Sequence record: NC_041916.1
Direction: 5' to 3' (one strand)
DNA length: 64,000 nucleotides
The notes under the pieces were generated by a model. It worked only from the letters and a program-made list of their open reading frames with translations, was not told the origin of the DNA and ran no database searches. The position numbers were made by a program, and so were the translations under genes. This document shows, in pieces, positions 20,198-27,924 of the stretch (position 1 is its first letter; every line of letters begins with the position of its first letter).

Positions 20198-20449
20198 TTA
20201 AGACAAGATACCAGCAACAACGCTAACTAGTGTTGTAGTCCAGATAGTATCCCACATTGCTGAGCTTCTTGAATTAGACCAGCGTGTATCTGACTCAGTA
20301 GTGCGAGCCATAGAGATAGCTGTACCTGCTGCAATGCAAGTTACAGATTTAACAGGAGTTTCACTTGTACAACCAACTACCGCTGCCAATGCTGCGCCAG
20401 TAACAAGTTTAACACCACGTAGTTCATTTACAGTTGTTTCGTTAGCCAT
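20198..20449 (-). CDS. Small hydrophobic protein, possible lipoprotein, 83 aa
   Basis: GGAG RBS; hydrophobic stretch ending in VVGC (lipobox-like) and a hydrophobic C-terminus; first gene after an early-promoter motif. Confidence 0.65.
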   Translation of the reverse strand: MANETTVNELRGVKLVTGAALAAVVGCTSETPVKSVTCIAAGTAISMARTTESDTRWSNSRSSAMWDTIWTTTLVSVVAGILS

Positions 20450-20490
20450 GATAAAATCTCCAAAAAGTTAAATGACTTATATTCTTTATA

Positions 20491-20514
20491 CACCTAGACT
20501 ATATAGGTTTAAAA
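20491..20514 (-). promoter_or_regulatory. Putative early (virion RNAP) promoter
   Basis: TTTTAAACCTATATAGTCTAGGTG; the motif recurs six times upstream of minus-strand genes and resembles the phiKZ early TATATTAC element. Confidence 0.75.
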
Positions 20515-20552
20515 CTATCTGTATGTCAAAAAAATAAAAAGCAAAAAAGAAA

Positions 20553-20570
20553 GCGTTCCCGAAGGAACGC
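20553..20570 (-). terminator. Intrinsic terminator
   Basis: GCGTTCC-TTCG-GGAACGC followed by T-rich tracts. Confidence 0.8.
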
Positions 20571-20577
20571 CACCACA

Positions 20578-20886
20578 TTAGACACCAACGTACAAACACG
20601 TGCGTTCACCAGTAGGGTATTCCCCATACATCACTTTGAGATCTCGAAGCTCACCGATGATAAGGTGTTGTTCTTGATCCAAGGTACATTGGAATAACCC
20701 CACCTCTGTACGGATGAAGTAGTCGTAGTAAAGTTCACCGTTCACATTACTGGTTTCAAATACATCAGTAACGTATCCCTCGGTATCCAGTACTTGGTAT
20801 TTCAAACTACACCAAAGGAGGAAAGAGATCAAACCAGCGATCAATCCGTAAACCGGTGTTCTAATTAAAGTACTTCTTTTCATCAC
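20578..20886 (-). CDS. Membrane-anchored protein, 102 aa (paralog of the next gene)
   Basis: N-terminal TM segment; beta-rich domain with two Cys; ATGA overlap with the upstream gene. Confidence 0.7.
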   Translation of the reverse strand: MMKRSTLIRTPVYGLIAGLISFLLWCSLKYQVLDTEGYVTDVFETSNVNGELYYDYFIRTEVGLFQCTLDQEQHLIIGELRDLKVMYGEYPTGERTCLYVGV

Positions 20887-21254
20887 CCCTCCGTCGTGGG
20901 TTTAATATTCAAACAACTGTATTCACCGTTGTCCATCATCTCGTAAGTCATGTTCACGTAATTCGTTCCACCGAGCAACTCGTACTCATCATCACGTAAC
21001 ACACACGACACCACTTTACGACCCACCAACACGTCGATCTCATAACGGACAAACGAACGCATCTCAGATTCAACGATCTCAGGTTCACCCACCGTAGGGA
21101 AGTTCACCGTAGTGGTTTGATGTATTTGTTCACGGATGTTAACGATCTCACCTTCCGAATTATACGAACTCGGGATGGAGTTCAACGCCACGTGATACAA
21201 CACCGCGAACAACACACTAAATAAAAAGATCTTCACATTTTCTTTCTTAAACAT
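20883..21254 (-). CDS. Membrane-anchored protein, ~123 aa
   Basis: Start moved to the ATG at 21254 (AAGGA RBS; MFKKENVKIF); N-terminal TM segment, two Cys. Confidence 0.7.
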   Translation of the reverse strand: MFKKENVKIFLFSVLFAVLYHVALNSIPSSYNSEGEIVNIREQIHQTTTVNFPTVGEPEIVESEMRSFVRYEIDVLVGRKVVSCVLRDDEYELLGGTNYVNMTYEMMDNGEYSCLNIKPTTEG

Positions 21255-21255
21255 T

Positions 21256-21465
21256 TTAACCAGTCCTTCTGACGTAATAATAATAACGATCCACATTCCT
21301 TACTTTGGAATTAGTGGTTCTTCCTAGTTTAGATGGAACAGTAACAACATGAACCACTGACACTAAATCAGTCAATGGTTCCCAGTCCGCCCCTTCTATT
21401 TCTATCGGTGCTGCCGCAGCATATAACGCCGAGGCCAGAGCAACAGATAGTCTTAGACTCCGCAT
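21256..21465 (-). CDS. Small protein with a signal-peptide-like N-terminus, 69 aa
   Basis: Strong AAGGAGG RBS; the stop abuts the next ATG (TAAAATG). Confidence 0.55.
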   Translation of the reverse strand: MRSLRLSVALASALYAAAAPIEIEGADWEPLTDLVSVVHVVTVPSKLGRTTNSKVRNVDRYYYYVRRTG

Positions 21466-21486
21466 AGACCCTCCTTACATACGATG

Positions 21487-22623
21487 TTATTCCTCGTTGT
21501 CTGGGGTTCTGTTTAACCATGCTTCACGGTCGTTGGTATACATTTCATTGCCGTCTTCATCAACCACAACAAATCCTGCACGCTTAGGGTCGTCTTTCAA
21601 CATATCCGGTGAACCTAGTGTCACGACGTTCTCTACTTTGACCGGTTCACAGATTTCCAATTTACTGCACGCGGATTCGATAGCTTTTAGCTGGTCAGCA
21701 GATAAGTTCAACTTATGTTGACCAATAGTAAAGTCAGGAGACTTAGCCCAATGCATTTCCAGCTCGACGGTTCCACGTTCATCTAAGTACTTCTGGTATC
21801 CCGCGTCATCGATTATTTGGACCGTCGGAATACACCCACGAAGTTTACTTAAACCCGGTTCCCCTACTCGGGTGAGTCGTCCCATCATCTGAATGTTATT
21901 TCGGGTTAACACGTCTTCACCAAAACAAGATTCCATCACTTCCCCATAGGACGGGTAACGTGTGAAAATAATGTTTCTCATCCAAGTGCAGTACTCAGTA
22001 ACACGCAACGTCACCCACAAGTCTTCTGGATAAGCCGTGAAGTCCGCCATCCACGCTAAGGAGTATTTCGTTAGCGGTTTGTTGGAATACTGTTGGTAAC
22101 GACGACGGTAACGAGTCAACAAACGACGGTGAACAGTTTTAGTGTAGTCACGGAGCCATTTGTGTTTATGACGAGTGTAAGTGTCTGGGATAGTGTACCA
22201 CTCCACCATGTGGTTGTAGAACTCAGGTTTAGGTACCCCGAATTCTTCACACATCCATTCGATCAAAACCATGAAACGAGGATGCGGATTTAGAATACCA
22301 ACTTTACCGTATTCTAAAAGGTCTAGTGTTGAACGACACTCTGCTTCTTCCAGCTTCCAAACCTTACAAGGGTCGTTAGGATAACCAGTCGGGTAGATGG
22401 TGTCGTAGTACTTACCTTCGAACTCCAACAAACAGTGATGTGGGTGAGAAACCATATTGACTTCAATACGGAACTTCTCCTTTAAGATGTGTTGCACTAA
22501 AGTTGCAACCATGTAGCAGTAACCTGTGTTAAGGTCTTGAACTGCACGGTGCGGTTTGTTGTTGCAGATCTTCGCATAAGCATCAACAGTTTGAAATAGT
22601 AGTTCAGTGATTTGTTTGTGCAT
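21487..22623 (-). CDS. Protein with an N-terminal putative Cys-His-Asp (papain/transglutaminase-like) domain, 378 aa
   Basis: LNTGYC...HPHH...YYDTIYPTG; paralogous to the N-terminus of 22695..23255. Confidence 0.6.
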   Translation of the reverse strand: MHKQITELLFQTVDAYAKICNNKPHRAVQDLNTGYCYMVATLVQHILKEKFRIEVNMVSHPHHCLLEFEGKYYDTIYPTGYPNDPCKVWKLEEAECRSTLDLLEYGKVGILNPHPRFMVLIEWMCEEFGVPKPEFYNHMVEWYTIPDTYTRHKHKWLRDYTKTVHRRLLTRYRRRYQQYSNKPLTKYSLAWMADFTAYPEDLWVTLRVTEYCTWMRNIIFTRYPSYGEVMESCFGEDVLTRNNIQMMGRLTRVGEPGLSKLRGCIPTVQIIDDAGYQKYLDERGTVELEMHWAKSPDFTIGQHKLNLSADQLKAIESACSKLEICEPVKVENVVTLGSPDMLKDDPKRAGFVVVDEDGNEMYTNDREAWLNRTPDNEE

Positions 22624-22670
22624 GGGTTTACTCTCTTTAAAGTTTATATGGAATATTACTAGGGTCTTTA

Positions 22671-22686
22671 CACCCTAGTAATATAG
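22671..22686 (-). promoter_or_regulatory. Putative early promoter embedded in a 13-bp inverted repeat
   Basis: CTATATTACTAGGGTG contains an exact TATATTAC; inverted repeat arms at 22653-22665 and 22672-22684. Confidence 0.7.
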
Positions 22687-22694
22687 ATGTGTGT

Positions 22695-23255
22695 TTAATT
22701 ATAAAGTGACTTAACGTGGGTCACTTTGGCTCGTTCGCCGTCGGTTCTGTAGGAGACCTCGACAGGGTAGAATTGATCTAACGTGAAAGCAATGTCCTTA
22801 GGAATCTCTGGGACTTCCCATGTTCCATCTGGAACAGTCCCTGAGAACAACAAAGGTTCCACCTCAAATCGTTTACAACATTGTAAAACAATATGATAAA
22901 TATCCCCATCCCACGGCTGAAGATTGAAGTTACCAATCAGCTCAGCTGAACGAGCGTATTGGTAAAACACTTCATCCAGCTCAAAGATGGACCCATTAGG
23001 ATACAACGTATCGAAATGATTGTTGTCGTACACTATGAAATAATGACTTGGTGAACACATCACATGACATGTTTCACCGTAACGCTCCTTCATAATGTGT
23101 GCGGTCAACATCGCGACCCACAGGCATTCGCCGTTATTGAGTTTTACTATGGTCTCTTCCCACGCACCTATGTTGTGATAAGCACGATAGGTTGCAGTGA
23201 TCTCATGAAAGATCTCAGAGATTCTAGAGCGGAATAAACTGAAGTGATCAGACAT
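22695..23255 (-). CDS. Putative Cys-His-Asp domain protein, 186 aa
   Basis: LNNGEC...SPSH...HFDTLYPNG aligns by eye with the 378-aa neighbour. Confidence 0.6.
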   Translation of the reverse strand: MSDHFSLFRSRISEIFHEITATYRAYHNIGAWEETIVKLNNGECLWVAMLTAHIMKERYGETCHVMCSPSHYFIVYDNNHFDTLYPNGSIFELDEVFYQYARSAELIGNFNLQPWDGDIYHIVLQCCKRFEVEPLLFSGTVPDGTWEVPEIPKDIAFTLDQFYPVEVSYRTDGERAKVTHVKSLYN

Positions 23256-23640
23256 GTTCTCCCTCTTTTTCCAATATGGTGGTTAAGTAATTGCTCAGGT
23301 GTTTACCTGAAGCACGGATTTCATCCGGCGACATCCAACCTAAAAAAGGATGACGGTCGGGTTCCATGTTGCGAGGTTCTTCGTGTAACTCCACCGCAAA
23401 GATGGTTTGTTCCACGTCACCTAAGAAAGTGTAGTTGTTAAACCAGTGATGGTATTCACCGAGGATGGTTAAATCCGATACACCGATCTCTTCTAACAAC
23501 TCACGACGAAGTCCTTCTTCCAAGGTTTCCCCGTCTTCCAATTTCCCGCTAGGTACTGTGTACCCGCCAATCTTAACATGCATTTGAATCAGGATTTTAC
23601 CTTCTTCATTTTTGATTAGCGCACCAACCGTCTTTAACAT
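23248..23640 (-). CDS. Nudix hydrolase, 130 aa
   Basis: Exact Nudix box GKLEDGETLEEGLRRELLEEIGV. Confidence 0.92.
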   Translation of the reverse strand: MLKTVGALIKNEEGKILIQMHVKIGGYTVPSGKLEDGETLEEGLRRELLEEIGVSDLTILGEYHHWFNNYTFLGDVEQTIFAVELHEEPRNMEPDRHPFLGWMSPDEIRASGKHLSNYLTTILEKEGEHV

Positions 23641-23643
23641 TTC

Positions 23644-24399
23644 TTAATCCTTCTTCTCAGTTTCTTTGGCTTTAGACTTTTTCTTAGCCTTCTTAGCCGG
23701 TTTGCCTTCTTTAGGTTTCTCGATTTCCGGTTTGGTTAGTCCGGTGATTTCGTACAAACGTTTCTCGTAACGATCGCGTAAGTATTTCTGTTCTTCGGGA
23801 TCTAGTTTATTCGAAACCTCCTGAACCACCGTACCATCCGAGTGCAGCACTCTGACGTTCCCACCGATGGTTTCATCTACTTCAGACCGTAATACCAATT
23901 TCAAAACCAACAACACGTCGTAAGCGGTTACCGTTTTATCACCAGTAATCGCTTTCATTGTTGCTGAGAACGTCTCGGACCCAGACCCCGCCACAGCATA
24001 AGTCAAAGGTCTGCTAATGCGAAGTTCGTTGCCACGAAAGTCCACTTCGAAAAACTCTTCCCCGATGCGGTAAAAGATTTTAGCCAAACGGCTACTTCTT
24101 GTCGATAGGTGAATCAACTCCCGTTCCCAAACCCCTTCCTTGAACTCCTTAAGACCAAATAGTTCCAACCAATCTTTAGGGTCTAAAGTGTGTCTAAAGA
24201 TGAGGGCAGTCGAACCACATACCGCCATGAAATCTGGTTTAATACGAGTCCCGTCTTCTTTAACATAATCAGGTGTCAAAGTCGGAGTACGGATGATCTT
24301 AATTCGGTCATTATTGTACTCGTCATTAACAGTTGGTATCTCGACGGTCTCTCTTGAGTCAGCAAAGAAATTGCCTCGGTGTCCCACTATTACTGTCAT
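23644..24399 (-). CDS. Ntn-hydrolase, HslV/proteasome-beta-like, with a Lys-rich tail, 251 aa
   Basis: Thr at position 2 (MTVIV...FADSR), a Lys in RIKII and an AVAGSGS motif; tail KPAKKAKKKSKAK. Confidence 0.65.
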   Translation of the reverse strand: MTVIVGHRGNFFADSRETVEIPTVNDEYNNDRIKIIRTPTLTPDYVKEDGTRIKPDFMAVCGSTALIFRHTLDPKDWLELFGLKEFKEGVWERELIHLSTRSSRLAKIFYRIGEEFFEVDFRGNELRISRPLTYAVAGSGSETFSATMKAITGDKTVTAYDVLLVLKLVLRSEVDETIGGNVRVLHSDGTVVQEVSNKLDPEEQKYLRDRYEKRLYEITGLTKPEIEKPKEGKPAKKAKKKSKAKETEKKD

Positions 24400-25040
24400 T
24401 GGTGTTTCTCCATAGCTTTATCGAATAACTCCAACCAATTATCAATGTCCGATTGCTCATATTTGGTTTCGGATAAAATGCTTGTGCCGGTTTCTGTTTT
24501 AAAAAGTGCTGTCATCTTAGGTGTGGTGGGCTTTAACTTTTGCACCATCGCCCAAGAGTACGTTTCCACCGGACAGTCTATTCCGAGAATTGACGCTGAG
24601 TCAGAGTATTTATAATCAGGGTCGACCAACCATCCACCTTCGGCTAAAAACCGGACCTCAAAGGTTTCACTGTCAATTGAGATCTCGACGACACGGTCAT
24701 TCTCACACAACCCATAGTAGGTCAAAGTAGGGAGTTTGGTGACCACTTTAAGAGCGTAAGCGATTCGATGTTTCCCGACCTTAAGTTCTGTCTGACGGAA
24801 AGCCCAGAGGATGTCATCGATTTCTGTGGTGTTCCAGTTCGCTGAAGTATCGTCTGTTACCACCGCTCCCCACAACACCTTAGTTTCTTGTTCCTTGCCT
24901 TCATCGTCGGTGTACTTGATCGGTAAGCGATCTTTCCATACCGGTGCACCAAACATTAAGTTCGTTACCCAAAAGTCTCCACCGAGTTCATGGACACTTT
25001 CAAACAACACTCCGGTTTTATCAAAACACATTAATGGCAT
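24396..25040 (-). CDS. Hypothetical protein, possible inactive paralog of the Ntn-hydrolase, 214 aa
   Basis: ATGA overlap with the Ntn gene; weak similarity by eye; no N-terminal Thr. Confidence 0.6.
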   Translation of the reverse strand: MPLMCFDKTGVLFESVHELGGDFWVTNLMFGAPVWKDRLPIKYTDDEGKEQETKVLWGAVVTDDTSANWNTTEIDDILWAFRQTELKVGKHRIAYALKVVTKLPTLTYYGLCENDRVVEISIDSETFEVRFLAEGGWLVDPDYKYSDSASILGIDCPVETYSWAMVQKLKPTTPKMTALFKTETGTSILSETKYEQSDIDNWLELFDKAMEKHQ

Positions 25041-25043
25041 AAC

Positions 25044-25478
25044 TTACTCCTTTTCACTGACTGCGAGCGCACAGATGATGACACGGTTAATGGCTAACGT
25101 GCTAGGACGTCCTCCTAATGAACGATTGACCGTGATCACTGCGGTGGTTGTTTCCTGAGGGTCTTTCATACTAAAGCGTTTACGGACAAAAGAGAGTCTT
25201 ACCATATTAGGTTGAGGGTAGGTAAAACTTAATGCTTTATAGATAAGCAAAAGTTTGTCTAATCCTTTCTCGGTAAACAACATTTGCAAGTAATAGTCGC
25301 GTTGACCAAAGTCTTCTTCAGGATGACCGGAACAACTTTGATGTGTGGCTAGTTCATTGCTAGCATTGATTGCTTTAATGGCTTCCAACATATCTTGGTC
25401 GAAGTTACGCAATCTTAGGAAATCAGTGACCTTATTTAGTTCACTTTGCTTTTGGAAAAACATGGGTGCGGTACGCAT
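25044..25478 (-). CDS. Hypothetical protein with a THQSCSGH motif, 144 aa
   Basis: AAGGA RBS; motif resembles the TxSCxGH/TYW3-like small-domain proteins seen in phages. Confidence 0.6.
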   Translation of the reverse strand: MRTAPMFFQKQSELNKVTDFLRLRNFDQDMLEAIKAINASNELATHQSCSGHPEEDFGQRDYYLQMLFTEKGLDKLLLIYKALSFTYPQPNMVRLSFVRKRFSMKDPQETTTAVITVNRSLGGRPSTLAINRVIICALAVSEKE

Positions 25479-25514
25479 GGCGCAATCCTTAAATATTGAA
25501 AAAGTAAAAGAGAT

Positions 25515-25534
25515 GGTAGGACCGAAGCCCTACC
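25515..25534 (-). terminator. Intrinsic terminator after thyA
   Basis: GGTAGGGC-TTCG-GTCCTACC followed by CTTTTACTTTTT. Confidence 0.75.
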
Positions 25535-25542
25535 CGTAATAG

Positions 25543-26451
25543 TTAAACCGTGAATGGATAAATGATTTTGTCGTGGTGCTTGTAATCAATCAATGCAAAG
25601 TCTTTAGGAGTTACCCAAGTACGGACATCTTCCAGAGTCTTGATGTCTGGGTTGATCCATAGCTTAGGTGCTTCTAAAGGTTCACGTTCCATTTCACCAC
25701 GGAACAAATCAACCTGATCTTCATACAAATGAACGTTGACCAGTTTGTGGTAAGACTCTTTAGCCTTATGACCTGTGATTTGTGCCATCAGCGCATTGCT
25801 CAAGAAAACTTGAATCATGTTGGAGCTTACACCTAAACCCAGATCACATGATCGCTGCGTTGAGTTCAAGTACATATCGTCATTCACCAAAGACCAGTGA
25901 TGAGAATACATGCAAGGACGTAAACAACCTAAATCGAACATACCCGGGTTCCAGAAGTTCAGGATTTCACCACGGTCATCCAAACCATTGCTAAGGTCAG
26001 TGTAGATGCGGTGCAGTAAGTCAATCTCACCAGAATGACGTAAGTCTAATGTGCCATCATCTTTAATGCGAGCTTCACGATTAACGAATTCCATCAACGG
26101 CCAGTGGTTACCCACACCACCATAGACGATACCCATGTCATCTTCACCCAAGCGGTTCGGGTTATTCAACCATGCTTCATTTTTATTGGCGTTACTGTCC
26201 CAAGACTTAGTCATTAGAGCGCGGAAGTCCGCAGCGTTCATCAGACCCTTCCAGTAACCCAGTAATTCACCCACACCCAAGAAGAAAGGTGATTGACGTA
26301 ATGTGTTAGCTGGCACCGCATTAAGGTCGTTACGGTAAGTCATATCCGCATTGATGACGGTTAAACATTTCTTACCAGTGCGTTTGTTGTGAATATATTC
26401 ACCTTCGTTCAACACACGTAGACCTAACTCTTTGAAATTCGTATAAATCAT
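25543..26451 (-). CDS. thyA: Thymidylate synthase (Vibrio-type ThyA), ~302 aa
   Basis: RTGKKCLTVINAD, GCLRPCMYSHH, NSTQRSCD, VNVHLY, YPFTV; start moved to the ATG at 26451. Confidence 0.97.
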   Translation of the reverse strand: MIYTNFKELGLRVLNEGEYIHNKRTGKKCLTVINADMTYRNDLNAVPANTLRQSPFFLGVGELLGYWKGLMNAADFRALMTKSWDSNANKNEAWLNNPNRLGEDDMGIVYGGVGNHWPLMEFVNREARIKDDGTLDLRHSGEIDLLHRIYTDLSNGLDDRGEILNFWNPGMFDLGCLRPCMYSHHWSLVNDDMYLNSTQRSCDLGLGVSSNMIQVFLSNALMAQITGHKAKESYHKLVNVHLYEDQVDLFRGEMEREPLEAPKLWINPDIKTLEDVRTWVTPKDFALIDYKHHDKIIYPFTV

Positions 26452-26481
26452 AATAACAACTTTTTTAAAGTGAAAAAGAAA

Positions 26482-26503
26482 GTGGTCGGTATCACCCGAC
26501 CAC
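26482..26503 (-). terminator. Hairpin between the HD gene and thyA
   Basis: GTGGTCGG stem with a 6-nt loop, followed on the minus strand by TTTCTTTTT. Confidence 0.65.
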
Positions 26504-26512
26504 ACTTAAGGT

Positions 26513-27307
26513 TTACTTCGGCACGTAAACGATTTTACGTTTCTCATTTACTCGACCGAAAGAACCCGTGTACAGCACATCGATTTCATCCACCGGCGTG
26601 GTTTCACCAGTTTTGATATATTGCTCTGTATACGTGTTCACCAAAGAGACGATGTTTTTACGCAATAGTAAACGATCGAACTCTTCCCACTCTTTGGCAA
26701 AATAGCGTAATCCCTCTTTAGGATAGCTATTCCAGTTATAACCGTTCGCACGGCTAAACTTATCCAGCAGATGTTTGTAGACTTCTTCAGTCATCTCTTG
26801 CTGTGTTAACCCATCTTCTTTACGGAACAAGAAACAACGCATGACGTACAGAGGAAGGTTAGGTTTGCCACGGTCAGCGATTGCCACCAAGGTAGACAAC
26901 TCAGTGGTCGGCCCGCCTTTGTAGCTACTGCGGTGTTCTAAGCAGCACAAGCGTACTTGATCAATGTCGTTGTCTGTTAACGCACCCTTGCCGAAGATGC
27001 TCAATAACTCTTCAGCTAAGATAGCCGATTCGATATGATGAGACTTCCTGTCCCAACGACATCCCAAATCGTGCATGAGAGCGCCGTAGTAAATGATTAA
27101 CATTTCTTTGGTGCCGTAGTACCCTTCTTTCACTCCAAGCTCCACTACGAGCTTTACAACAGCGTGTACGTGCTCTAAGTTGTGAGCGTGGTCGTTCTTG
27201 GAATTACTGGATACACAAAACTCTAGGATTTCAGGGTCAACAGTAATACCACCGATTTGAGCTAGGGTTTTGAACTTCATGGTGTAGTTGTAAATGCGTT
27301 GTTTCAT
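26513..27307 (-). CDS. HD-domain metal-dependent phosphohydrolase, 264 aa
   Basis: DHAHNLEH...LMHDLG...SHHIES...EHR...IADR; ATGA overlap with folA. Confidence 0.85.
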   Translation of the reverse strand: MKQRIYNYTMKFKTLAQIGGITVDPEILEFCVSSNSKNDHAHNLEHVHAVVKLVVELGVKEGYYGTKEMLIIYYGALMHDLGCRWDRKSHHIESAILAEELLSIFGKGALTDNDIDQVRLCCLEHRSSYKGGPTTELSTLVAIADRGKPNLPLYVMRCFLFRKEDGLTQQEMTEEVYKHLLDKFSRANGYNWNSYPKEGLRYFAKEWEEFDRLLLRKNIVSLVNTYTEQYIKTGETTPVDEIDVLYTGSFGRVNEKRKIVYVPK

Positions 27308-27807
27308 GAGTCACTTCCTTGTTTCCTTAAAAGGACCTCAAACTTAAGGTCCGCAAAATGGCGTTCGTCTTTTTCAAAGTATGATGTAGCGAAAGGATAA
27401 AAGTCGTCATCTACATCAGGGAAGAAAGCATCGCCTTCGATGACAGCGTTCACCGTTGTGCGCATGATCAGATTAGAATAAGGTAGAAATATCTTGTAGA
27501 TGTTCTCCCCACCTATCACGATCATATCGTCCATAACTTCGGCTAACTTTAAAACTTCTTCCACACTGTTCAGTACGAGTGCGCCCGGAATAACCAGTTC
27601 CTTATTTCGACTTAGAATTATGTTTTGTCGATTAGGTAATAGTCGGCCTATGGATTGGTGTGTTTTATGACCCATCACCACAGGTCGTCCAGAGGTCTGA
27701 TTACGGAACCACTTCATATCTTCAGGTAAATCCCACAACAGTTGATTATCCTTTCCGATACAACGGTTCGTAGACATGGCTACGATCATAGATAATTTTT
27801 GGTACAT
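27304..27807 (-). CDS. folA: Dihydrofolate reductase, 167 aa
   Basis: IGKDNQLLWDLPEDMKWF, VVMGHKT, LPNRQNIILS, VIGGENIY, EGDAFFP. Confidence 0.97.
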   Translation of the reverse strand: MYQKLSMIVAMSTNRCIGKDNQLLWDLPEDMKWFRNQTSGRPVVMGHKTHQSIGRLLPNRQNIILSRNKELVIPGALVLNSVEEVLKLAEVMDDMIVIGGENIYKIFLPYSNLIMRTTVNAVIEGDAFFPDVDDDFYPFATSYFEKDERHFADLKFEVLLRKQGSDS

Positions 27808-27834
27808 ATAAACTCCAATATATATTAGTTAAAT

Positions 27835-27854
27835 CACTAAAATAATATAGAACT
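27835..27854 (-). promoter_or_regulatory. Putative early promoter for folA-HD-thyA
   Basis: AGTTCTATATTATTTTAGTG, a variant of the recurring motif. Confidence 0.6.
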
Positions 27855-27885
27855 GACATTTTTTAATAAAAAAATAAATTGTAGT

Positions 27886-27918
27886 TATTAGGTAGGTGGA
27901 AACCCCACCTACCTAATA
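27886..27918 (-). terminator. Terminator hairpin
   Basis: 14-bp stem TATTAGGTAGGTGG with a 5-nt loop; TTTATTTTTTT follows 7 nt later. Confidence 0.8.
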
Positions 27919-27924
27919 GTATTA

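Noticed and set aside
25543-26451. ThyA as a dCMP/dUMP hydroxymethylase for modified DNA
   Set aside because: It retains the dUMP-specifying Asn, closely resembles host ThyA and is linked to DHFR; no glycosyl- or amino-transferase is nearby.
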